Origin: Scyliorhinus canicula
Lineage: Eukaryota
DNA: 64,000 nt
Direction of reading: 5' to 3'
Assembly: GCF_902713615.1 (NCBI RefSeq)
Contig: NW_024055500.1
Location: 4,700,135-4,764,134 of the forward strand
The notes below the pieces were generated by a model. It did no database searches, was not told where the DNA came from, and saw only the letters and a list, made by a program, of their open reading frames with translations. Both the position numbers and the translations under genes were made by a program. Below, in pieces: positions 12,501-24,500 of this stretch. Every line of letters starts with the position of its first letter. The first letter of the stretch is position 1.

Positions 12501-15500
12501 CAGGTACAGCACGGGGTTAGATACAGAGTAAAGCTCCCTCTACACTGTCCCCATCAAACACTCCCAGGACAGGTACAGCACGGGGTTAGATACAGAGTAA
12601 AGCTCCCTCTACACTGTCCCCATCAAACACTCCCAGGACAGGTACAGCACGGGGTTAGATACAGAGTAAAGCTCCCTCTACACTGTCCCCATCAAACACT
12701 CCCAGGACAGGTACAGCACGGGGTTAGATACAGAGTAAAGCTCCCTCTACACTGTCCCCATCAAACACTCCCAGGACAGGTACAGCACGGGGTTAGATAC
12801 AGAGTAAAGCTCCCTCTACACTGTCCCCATCAAACACTCCCAGGACAGGTACAGCACGGGGTTAGATACAGAGTAAAGCTCCCTCTACACTGTCCCCATC
12901 AAACACTCCCAGGACAGGTACAGCACGGGGTTAGATACAGAGTAAAGCTCCCTCTACACTGTCCCCATCAAACACTCCCAGGACAGGTACAGCACGGGGT
13001 TAGATACAGAGTAAAGCTCCCTCTACACTGTCCCCATCAAACACTCCCAGGACAGGTACAGCACGGGGTTAGATACAGAGTAAAGCTCCCTCTACACTGT
13101 CCCCATCAAACACTCCCAGGACAGGTACAGCACGGGGTTAGATACAGAGTAAAGCTCCCTCTACACTGTCCCCATCAAACCCTCCCAGGGACAGGTACAG
13201 CACGGGGTTAGATACAGAGTAAAGCTCCCTCTACACTGTCCCCATCAAACACTCCCAGGACAGGTACAGCACGGGGTTAGATACAGAGTAAAGCTCCCTC
13301 TACACTGTCCCCATCAAACACTCCCAGGACAGGTACAGCACGGGGTTAGATACAGAGTAAAGCTCCCTCTACACTGTCCCCATCAAACACTCCCAGGACA
13401 GGTACAGCACGGGGTTAGATACAGAGTAAAGCTCCCTCTACACTGTCCCCATCAAACACTCCCAGGACAGGTACAGCACGGGGTTAGATACAGAGTAAAG
13501 CTCCCTCTACACTGTCCCCATCAAACACTCCCAGGACAGGTACAGCACGGGGTTAGATACAGAGTAAAGCTCCCTCTACACTGTCCCCATCAAACACTCC
13601 CAGGACAGGTACAGCACGGGGTTAGATACAGAGTAAAGCTCCCTCTACACTGTCCCCATCAAACACTCCCAGGACAGGTACAGCACGGGGTTAGATACAG
13701 AGTAAAGCTCCCTCTACACTGTCCCCATCAAACACTCCCAGGACAGGTACAGCACGGGGTTAGATACAGAGTAAAGCTCCCTCTACACTGTCCCCATCAA
13801 ACACTCCCAGGACAGGTACAGCACGGGGTTAGATACAGAGTAAAGCTCCCTCTACACTGTCCCCATCAAACACTCCCAGGACAGGTACAGCACGGGGTTA
13901 GATACAGAGTAAAGCTCCCTCTACACTGTCCCCATCAAACACTCCCAGGACAGGTACAGCACGGGGTTAGATACAGAGTAAAGCTCCCTCTACACTGTCC
14001 CCATCAAACACTCCCAGGACAGGTACAGCACGGGGTTAGATACAGAGTAAAGCTCCCTCTACACTGTCCCCATCAAACACTCCCAGGACAGGTACAGCAC
14101 GGGGTTAGATACAGAGTAAAGCTCCCTCTACACTGTCCCCATCAAACACTCCCAGGACAGGTACAGCACGGGGTTAGATACAGAGTAAAGCTCCCTCTAC
14201 ACTGTCCCCATCAAACACTCCCAGGACAGGTACAGCACGGGGTTAGATACAGAGTAAAGCTCCCTCTACACTGTCCCCATCAAACACTCCCAGGACAGGT
14301 ACAGCACGGGGTTAGATACAGAGTAAAGCTCCCTCTACACTGTCCCCATCAAACACTCCCAGGACAGGTACAGCACGGGGTTAGATACAGAGTAAAGCTC
14401 CCTCTACACTGTCCCCATCAAACACTCCCAGGACAGGTACAGCACGGGGTTAGATACAGAGTAAAGCTCCCTCTACACTGTCCCCATCAAACACTCCCAG
14501 GACAGGTACAGCACGGGGTTAGATACAGAGTAAAGCTCCCTCTACACTGTCCCCATCAAACACTCCCAGGACAGGTACAGCACGGGGTTAGATACAGAGT
14601 AAAGCTCCCTCTACACTGTCCCCATCAAACACTCCCAGGACAGGTACAGCACGGGGTTAGATACAGAGTAAAGCTCCCTCTACACTGTCCCCATCAAACA
14701 CTCCCAGGACAGGTACAGCACGGGGTTAGATACAGAGTAAAGCTCCCTCTACACTGTCCCCATCAAACACTCCCAGGACAGGTACAGCACGGGGTTAGAT
14801 ACAGAGTAAAGCTCCCTCTACACTGTCCCCATCAAACACTCCCAGGACAGGTACAGCACGGGGTTAGATACAGAGTAAAGCTCCCTCTACACTGTCCCCA
14901 TCAAACACTCCCAGGACAGGTACAGCACGGGGTTAGATACAGAGTAAAGCTCCCTCTACACTGTCCCCATCAAACACTCCCAGGACAGGTACAGCACGGG
15001 GTTAGATACAGAGTAAAGCTCCCTCTACACTGTCCCCATCAAACACTCCCAGGACAGGTACAGCACGGGGTTAGATACAGAGTAAAGCTCCCTCTACACT
15101 GTCCCCATCAAACACTCCCAGGACAGGTACAGCACGGGGTTAGATAGAGAGATGAGCTCTGTGTAGGCTGCGGGTTGTAGGGGCTGGAGGGGGTTACCGA
15201 GATAGGGAGGGGTGTAGGGACTGGAGGAGGTTACAGAATTAGGGAGGAGGTGTAGGGGCTGGAGGAGGTTACAGAGATAGGGAGGGGTATAGGGACTGGA
15301 GGAGGTTACAGAGATAGGGAGGGGTGTATGGGCTGGAGGAGGTTACAGAGATAGGGAGGGGTGTAGGGACTGGAGGAGGTTACAAGGACAGGGAGGGATG
15401 TGGGGGGCTGGAGGAGGTTAAAGAGATAGCGAGGGTTGGATGGGCTGGAGGAGGTTACAGAGATAGGGAGGGGAGTAGGTGCTGGAGGAGGTTACAGAGA

Positions 15501-18500
15501 TAGGGAGGGGTGTAGGGGCTGGAGGAGGTTACAGAGATAGGGAGGGGTGTAGGGGGCTGGAGGAGGTTACAGAGATAGCGAGGGTTGGATGGGCTGGAGG
15601 AGGTTACAGAGATAGGGAGGGTTGTGGAGCTGGAGGAGGTTATAGTAATATGAAGGCTTATAGGGGGCTGAAGTTGGTTCGAGAGATATGGAGGGTTGTC
15701 GGGGCTGGAGGATGTGACAGAGATAGGGAGGGTCGTAGAGAGCTGGTGGAGGTTACAGAGATAGGGAGGGGTGTAGGGGCTGGAGGAGGTTACAGAGATA
15801 GGGAGGGTTGTCGGGGCTGGAGTATGTGACAGAGATAGGGAGGGTCGTAGAGAGCTGGAGGAGGTTACAGAGATAGGGAGGGGTGTCGGGGCTGGAGGAG
15901 GTTACAGAGATAGGGAGGGTTGTCGGGTCTGGAGGAGGTTACAGAGATAGGGAGGCTTGTAGGGGCTGGAAGAGGTTACAGAGATAGGAAGGGGTGTAGT
16001 GGCTGGAGGAGGTTACAGGGAAAGGGAGGGTTGTAGCGGCTGAGGGAGGTTATAGAGATCGGGAGAATTGTAGATACTGGAGGAGGTTACACATTTAGGG
16101 AGGGCTGTAGATAGTGGAGGATGGTTACAGAGATAGGGAGTTTTGTAGGTACTGGAGGAGGTTACAGAGATAGGGAGGGGTGTAGGTACTGGAGGAGGTT
16201 ACAGAGATAGGGAGGGGTGTAGGTACTGGAGGAGGTTACAGAGATAGGGAGGGGTGTAGGGGGCTGGAAGAGGTTACAGAGATAGGGAGGGTTGTAGCGG
16301 CTGTAGGATGTTTCTGAGATAGTGAGGGTTGCAGTTACTGGAGGAGGTTACAGAGATAGGGAGGGGTGTAGGGGCTGGAGGAGGTTACAGAGATAGGGAG
16401 GGTGTAGGGGCTGGAGGAGGTTACAGAGATAGGGAGGGTTGTAGGGAGCTGGAGGAGGATACAGAGATAAGGAGGGTTGTAGGGAGCTGGAGGAGGTTAC
16501 AGAGATAGGGACGGGTGTAGGGGCTGGAGGAGGTTACAGAGAGAGGGAGGGGGGTATGGGCTAGAGGAGGTTACAGAGATAGGGAGGGGTGTAGGGGCTG
16601 GAGGAGGTTACAGAGATAGGGAGGGTGTAGGGGCTGGAGGAGGTTACAGAGATAGGGAGGGTTGTAGGGAGCTGGAGGAGGATACAGAGATAAGGAGGGT
16701 TGTAGGGAGCTGGAGGAGGTTACAGAGATAGGGACGGGTGTAGGGGCTGGAGGAGGTTACAGAGAGAGGGAGGGGGGTATGGGCTAGAGGAGGTTACAGA
16801 GGTAGGGAGGGTTGTAGGGGCTGGAGGAAATTACAGAGAGGGAGTAGGTTATGGGCTGGAGGAGGTTACAGAGATAGGGAGGGTTGTAGGGAGCTGGAGG
16901 AGGTTACAGAGATAGGGAGGGTTGCAGATACTGGAGGAGGTTACAGAGATAGGGTGGGTTGTAGGGAGCTGGAGGAGGTTACAGAGATAGGGAGGGTTGT
17001 AGGTACTGGAGGAGTTTACAGAGATAGGGAGGGTTGTCGGGGCTGGAGGAGGTTACAGAGAAAGGGAGGGGTGTAGGGGCTGGAGGAGGTTACAGAGATA
17101 GGGAGGAGGTGTAGGGGCTGGAGGAGGTTACAGAGATAGGGAGGGTTGTAGGGAGCTGGAGGCGGTTACAGAGATAGGGAGGGTTGTAGAGAGCTGGAGG
17201 TGGTTACAGAGATAGGGAGGCTTGTAGGTACTGGAGGAGGTTACAGAGATAGGGAGGGTTATAAGGAGCTGGAGGAGGTTACAGAGATAGGGAGGGTTGT
17301 AGGTACTGGAGGAGGTTACTGAGATAGGGAGGGCTGTAGATACTGGAGGAGGTTACTGAGATAGGGAGGGGTGTAGGGGCTGGAGGATGTCACAGTGATA
17401 GGGAGGGTTGTAGGTGCTGGAGGAGGGTACAGAGAGAGGGAGAGGTGTACGGGCTGGGGGAGGTTACAGAGATAGGGAGGGTTGTAGGGGCTGGAGGAGG
17501 TTACAGAGATAGGGAGGGTTGTAGATACTGGAGGAGGTTACAGAGATAGGGAGGGTTGCAGATACTTGAGGAGGTTACAGAGATAGGGAGGGTTGTTGGG
17601 GCTGGAGGAGGTTACAGAGATAGGGAGGGTTGTAGATACTGGAGGAGGTTACAGAGATAGGGAGGGTTGTATGGGACGAGATTACAGAGATAGAGATGGG
17701 TGTAGGGACTGGAGGAGGTTACAGAGATAGGGATGGTTGTAGGGGCAGGAGGATGTTACAGAGATAGGGAGGGGTGTAGGGGCTGGAGGAGGTTACAGAG
17801 ACAGGGAGGGTTGTATGGGAGGAGATTGCAGAGATAGGGAGGGTTGTAGGGGACTGGAGGAGGTTACAGGGATAGGGAGGGTTGTAGGGGACTGGAGGAG
17901 GTTACATAGATAGGGAGGGGTGTAGGGGCTGGTGGAGGTTATAGAGATAGTGAGGGGTGTAGGTGCTGGAGGTTACAGAGATAGGGAGGGTTGTATGGGA
18001 GGAGATTACAGAGATAGGGAGGGTGTAGGGGCTGGAGGAGGTTACTGAGGTAGTGAGGTTTATAGATACGAGGAGGTTACAGAGATAGGGAGAGTTGTAC
18101 GGGAGGAGGTTACAGAGATAGGGAGGGTGTAGGGGCTGGAGGAGGTTACAGAGATAGGGAGGGTGTAGGGGTTGGAGGAGGTTACAGAGACTGGGGTGGT
18201 TGTATGGGAGGAGATTACAGAGATAGGGAGGGTGTAGGGGCTGGAGGAGGTTACTGAGATAGTGAGGTTTATAGATACTGGAGGAGGTTGCAGAGATAGG
18301 GAGGGTTGTACGGGAGGAGGTTACTGAGATAGGGAGGGTTGTACGGGAGGAGGTTACAGAGATAGGGAGGGTTTTACAGGAGGAGGTTACAGAGATAGGG
18401 AGGGTTGTATGGGAGGGGATTACAGAGATAGGGAGGGTTGTTGGGGGCTGGAGGAGGTTACAGAGATAGGGAGGGTTTTAGGGGCTGGAGGAGGTTACAG

Positions 18501-21500
18501 AGATAGGGAGGGCTGTTGGTGGCTGGTGGAGGTTATAGAGATAGTGAGGGGTGTAGGTGCTGGAGGAGGTTACAGAGATAGGGAGGGTTGTATGGGAGGA
18601 GATTACAGAGATAGGGAGGGTGTAGGGGCTGGAGGAGGTTACTGAGATAGTGAGGTTTATAGATACGAGGAGGTTACAGAGATAGGGAGAGTTGTACGGG
18701 AGGAGGTTACAGAGATAGGGAGGGTGTAGGGGCTGGAGGAGGTTACAGAGATAGGGAGGGTGTAGGGGCTGGAGGAGGTTACAGAGACAGGGGTGGTTGT
18801 ATGGGAGGAGATTACAGAGATAGGGAGGGTGTAGGGGCTGGAGGAGGTTACTGAGATAGTGAGGTTTATAGATACTGGAGGAGGTTGCAGAGATAGGGAG
18901 GGTTGTACGGGAGGAGGTTACTGAGATAGGGAGGGTTGTACGGGAGGAGGTTACAGAGATAGGGATGGTTTTACAGGAGGAGGTTACAGAGATAGGGAGG
19001 GTTGTATGGGAGGGGATTACAGAGATAGGGAGGGTTGTTGGGGGCTGGAGGAGGTTACAGAGATAGGGAGGGTTGTAGGGGCTGGAGGAGGTTACAGAAT
19101 AGGGAGGGGTGTAGGGGCTGGTTGAGGTTACAGAGATAGGGAGGGGTGTAGGGGGACTGGAGGAGGTTACAGAAATAGGGAGGGTTGTAGAAAGCTGGAG
19201 GAGGTTACAGAGATAGAGAGGGTTGTACGGGAGGAGGTTACAGAGATAGGGAGGGTTGGTGGGTTGGAGGTGGGAGTCTACGTTGGCAATATGTACCTTT
19301 GAAATGTCGATGTGAGATTGACATTTGCACAATCTCTTTCCAGCAGCAGATGTGGTGGGGCAGAACTCCAAACCCTCTCTCATTTGAGTCTTCCGGCGCC
19401 TTCTAGCGAGAGTCGTGAAGCAACAGACAGTCGTAGCCAAAGTCACGAAGATAGCAGCAGGTACTCCATCCCTTCACTCAGTCCCCCCTCTCTCTCTCAG
19501 GGAGATATCTGTACACTGACTGGTGTCTCTCAGTCCCCCTCTCTCTCTCAGGGAGATATCTGTACACTGACTGGTGTCTCTCAGTCCCCCTCTCTCTCAG
19601 GGAGATATCTGTACACTGACTGGTGTCTCTCAGTCCCCCTCTCTCAGGGAGATATCTGTACACTGACTGGTGTCTCTCAGTTCCCCCTCTCTCTCAGGGA
19701 GATATCTGTTCACAGACTGGTGTCTCTCAGTCCCCTCTCTCTCTCAGGGAGATATCTGTACACTGACTGGTGTCTCTCAGTCCCCTCTCTCTCTCAGGGA
19801 GATATCTGTACACTGACTGGTGTCTCTCAGTTCCCCCTCTCTCAGGGAGCTATCTGTACACTGACTGGGGTCACTCAGTCCCCTCTCCCTCTCAGGGAGA
19901 TATCTGTACACTGACTGGTGTCTCTCAGTCCCCCTCTCTCTCAGGGAGATATCTGTACGCTGACTGGTGTCTCTCAGTCCCCTCTCTCTCTCTCAGGGAG
20001 ATATCTGTACACTGACCTGTCTCTCAGTCCCCTCTCTCTCAGGGAGATATATGTACACTGACTGGTGTCTCTCAGTCCCCTCTGTCTCAGGGAGATATCT
20101 GTACACTGACGTGTGTCTCTCAGTCCCCCCTCTCTCTCCCAGGGAGATATCTGTACACTGACTGGTGTCTCTCAGTCCCCTCTGGGAGATATCTGTACAC
20201 TGACTGGTGTCTCTCAGTCCTCGCTCTCTCAGGGAGATATCTGTACACTGACTGGCGTCTCTCAGTCCCCTCTCTCTCAGGGAGATATCTGTACACTGAC
20301 TTCTGTCTCTCAATCCCCTCTCTCTCAGGGAGATATATGTACACTAACTGGTGTCTCTCAGTCCCCTCTCTCTCTCAGGGAGATATCTGTACACTGACTG
20401 GTGTCTCTCAGTCCCCTCTCTCTCTCAGGGAGATATCTGTACACTGACTTGTGTCTCTCAGTCCTCTCTCAAGGAGATATCTGTACACTGACTGGTGTCT
20501 CTCAGTCCCCTCTCTCTCTCAGGGAGATATCTGTACACTGACTTGTGTCTCTCAGTCCTCTCTCAAGGAGATATCTGTACACTGACTGGTGTCTCTCAAT
20601 CCCCTCTCTCTCTCAGGGAGATATCTGTACACTGACTGGTGTCTCTCAGTCCCCTCTCTCTCTCTCAGGGAGATATCTGTACACTGACTGGTATCTCGCA
20701 GTCCCCTCTCTCTCAGGGAGCTATCTGTACAGTGACTGGTGTCTCTCTGTCCCCTCTCTCTCAGGGAGATATCTGTACACTGACTGGTGTCTCTCAGTCA
20801 CCTCTCTCTCCCTCAGGGAGATATCTGTACACTGACTGGTGTCTCTCAGTCCTCTCTCTCAGGGAGATATCTGTGCACTGACTGGTATCTCTCAGTCCCC
20901 TCTCTCTCAGGGAGATATCTGTACACTGACTGGTGTCTCTCAGTCCCCTCTCTCTCTCAGGGAGATATCTGTACACTGACTGGTGTCTCTCAGTCCCCTC
21001 TCTCTCTCTCAGGGAGATATCTGTACACTGACTGGTATCTCGCAGTCCCCTCTCTCTCAGGGAGCTATCTGTACAGTGACTGGTGTCTCTCTGTCCCCTC
21101 TCTCTCAGGGAGATATCTGTACACTGACTGGTGTCTCTCAGTCACCTCTCTCTCCCTCAGGGAGATATCTGTACACTGACTGGTGTCTCTCAGTCCCCTC
21201 TCTCTCAGGGAGATAGCTGTACACTGACTGGTATCTCTCAGTCCCTCCTCTCTCTCAGGGAGATATCTGTACACTGACTGGTATCTCTCAGTCCCCTCTC
21301 TCTCAGGGAGCTATCTGTACACTGACTGGTGTCTCTCAGTCCCTCTCTCTCTCAGGGAGATATCTGTACACTGACTGGTGTCTCTCAGTCCCCTCTCTCT
21401 CAGGGAGCTATCTGTACACTGACTGGTGTCTCTCAGTCCCCTCACTCAGGGAGATATCTGCACTGACTGGTGTCTCTCAGTCCCCTCTCTCTCTCAGGGA

Positions 21501-24500
21501 GATATCTGCACTGACTGGTGTCTCTCAGTCCCCCCTCTCTCTCAGGGAGATATCTGTACACTGACTGGTGTCTCTCAGTCCCTCTCTCTCTCAGGGAGAT
21601 ATCTGTACACTGACTGGTGTCTCTCAGTCCCCTCTCTCTCTCAGGGAAATATCTGTACACTGACTGGTGTCTCTCAGTCCCCCCTCTCTCTCAGGGAGCT
21701 ATCTGTACACTGACTGGTGTCTCTCAGTCCCCTCTCTCTCAGGGAGATATCTGTACACTGACTGGTGTCTCTCAGTCTCCTCTCTCTCTGGGAGATATCT
21801 GTACACTGACTGGTGTCTCTCAGTCCCCTCTCTCTCAGGGAGATATCTGTACACTGACTGGTATCTCTCAGTCCCCCCTCTCTCTCAGGGAGGTATCTGT
21901 ACACTGACTGGTGTCTCTCAGTCCCCCCTCTCTCTCTCAGGGAGCTATCTGTACAGTGACTGGTGTCTCTCAGTCCTCTCTGTCTACAGGCGTTACCTGG
22001 CCACGGACCGGTGTCTCGCAATACATATATGTCGCAAGTTCTGTACATTCACATCTTCCAACATTTCCTTAATGTTCTCTCTCTCCTACAGCACCAGTCA
22101 CGAGAGGAAGTACGCCAGAGCCCATCACCGACGCAGGAGAAGTCACGAGAGACGGAGACGGCACTCACACGGGAAATCCAGGCACAGCCGGAGAGGGCAC
22201 CACAGCCACAGCAGGGGGCATCGGTCCTCTCACCGTGGCAGCCAAAGGTGCGGGCCTGATCTCGCGCAGCGATTGAACTCCGACTGTCCTCAGCCTCTGC
22301 CACTCTCACAAGGGTCCGGCAGTGCCACCCTGACCTGGGGCGTTCCCTCACCCCTGCCACTGGACTGCCCTCTTCCCTCCGCTTTTGCCAGACCCGTTCA
22401 CCCAATCACCGATTCCCACCGCGGAACTTTGTTCAACAAGCAATTGCGCTCTGAGTGACCTAGCCCAGCAAAGCTCAATGTGCCTCGTACATCTATTGAG
22501 GTCCAATTGAGCAAGTGGTCCACTCGTTAACATTCTTTGTACAGCCCCCACACACAGATGATTAAGCCCGGACTGGCCACTGCTTGTGCAATTAAACTCC
22601 GACTGACCTTCACTCCCCACAGTTCCATTGTCAATCAGTCAATTAAACTCCGACTGACCTCTGCTTGTTCAGTTCACCAAAGCCAAACAAACCTCTGATT
22701 AACCTGTGTCAGCATTGTTCCCAAACGCAATTGCACTCTGAATGACCTCTAGGCATCAAGACAATTTAAATCCGACTGGCCTCCCTCTGCACAGCTCTCT
22801 CAGTCAAACAATTGATCTCTGACTGACCTCTACTCTGGGTTGGTGGGCTACGTTTCTTGGTCTAGTTCCATGGATGAGACAGATGAAAAACTCTGATGAG
22901 AATGGGTGGGATGGAAATGGAGGTCTAGAGAAGGAACTGCCACCACCTCAGGATCTCGAAAGGTAGCCTATTCATTTGTGGAGTGCAAGAAGTGAGGTCT
23001 GTCCTTTTAATGCAACCCCGATTGTGTTTCAGGTATCGGCGATCACCTAGTAGGAGCCGGAGTCCATTGTACAGGGACAGGAGCTTCAGCAGGTGAGGGC
23101 CCAAAGGCATCAGAAGACTCACTCTCTGCCCCCTCCTCGTTCTACCTTATTAAAGCTGTGAGTTAAATTATTAAAGCTGTGGTCACTTTAAGCGCAGCAA
23201 GCACAGTATAAGGCTCACCTCAACTTGCCACGCTTGAACTCTGACTGACCTCACTGTGCACGGTTCCTTCACGGAACAATTGAACTCTGACTGACCTCAC
23301 TGTGCACGGTTCCTTCACTGAACAATTGAACTCTGACTGACCTTCACTGAACAATTGAACTCTCACTGACCGCACTGTGCATGGTTCCTTCACTGAACAA
23401 CTGAACTCTGACTTATCTTCACTAAACAATTGAACTCTGACTGACCGCACTGTGCAGGTCTCCTTCACTGAACAATAGAATTCTGACAGACCTCACTGTG
23501 CATGTTCCTTCAGTGAACAATTGAACTCTGACTGACCTCACTGTGCACGGTTCCTTCACTGAACAATCGAACTCTGACTGACCTCACTGAACAATTAAAC
23601 TCTGACTGACCTCACTGTGCACAGTTCCTTCACTGAACAATTGAACTCTGACTGACCACACTGTGCACGGTTCTTTCACTGAACAATTGAACTCTAACTG
23701 ACCTCACTGTGCACAGTTCCTTCACTGAACAATTGAACTCTGACTGACCACACTGTGCACGGTTCTTTCACTGAACAATTGAACTCTAACTGACCTCACT
23801 GTGCACAGTTCCTTCACTGAACAATTGAACTCTGACTGTCCTCACTGTGCACGCTTCATTCACTGAACAATTAAACTCTGACTGACCGTCTTGGTGGGGA
23901 GGTTGTGGCGGGAGGGGTGTGGAGGGGGCGGGGTCACTCAAGACAACAGAGGCAAAGCTTATGTGGGAGTGGAGGGCGGGTAGGCTGGGAAATTGTAGTT
24001 GAGAGCACCACCGGATCTGATTGGATGGTGGAGTGGACTAGAAGGGCTGGAAGGGCCTGAATGGCCTCCATCTTCTCTGACAAACCGCACCCCAAAACTG
24101 ATTGGGTGGCAAGTGGACTCTGATTGGTAGAGGCGTCGCCACGGAGAATGCACCAGCTCGAATGGGAAATGGCAGTTAACTGCCAAGCGTTCATTGAGGT
24201 TTCCAACCAGGCAGCTTGACTCTGATGGGGCAAGGCTTTGCCCTGAGGAATGGACCAGAGAACGGCTGTCATTTATGTTGTCTGCAAAATTGTGATGGTC
24301 CTGATGAGTGCGCGGCGGGAAGTTTTGAGAAAACACTACTCGTTCCAGAGACGTTCGATTGATCTCTGCTTGACGGAGCGCTGTGCAACTTGCTTCTTCA
24401 AGCAATTGCACTCTCACTGTCCCCAAATCACAGTTCGTTCACTGAACAAAGTTTTGCATTGATACAGCAACATAGTGTTCAAAGATACATCACAGGAGAG

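Noticed and set aside
22270-22829. CRISPR array
   Set aside because: Eukaryotic intron, irregular spacer lengths, degenerate repeats, no cas genes; kept as a minisatellite-evolution finding.
23235-23885. RAG recombination signal sequences (CACTGTG in unit E; also CACGGTG in unit G)
   Set aside because: No nonamer-like sequence at 12 or 23 bp spacing, and no V/D/J segments.
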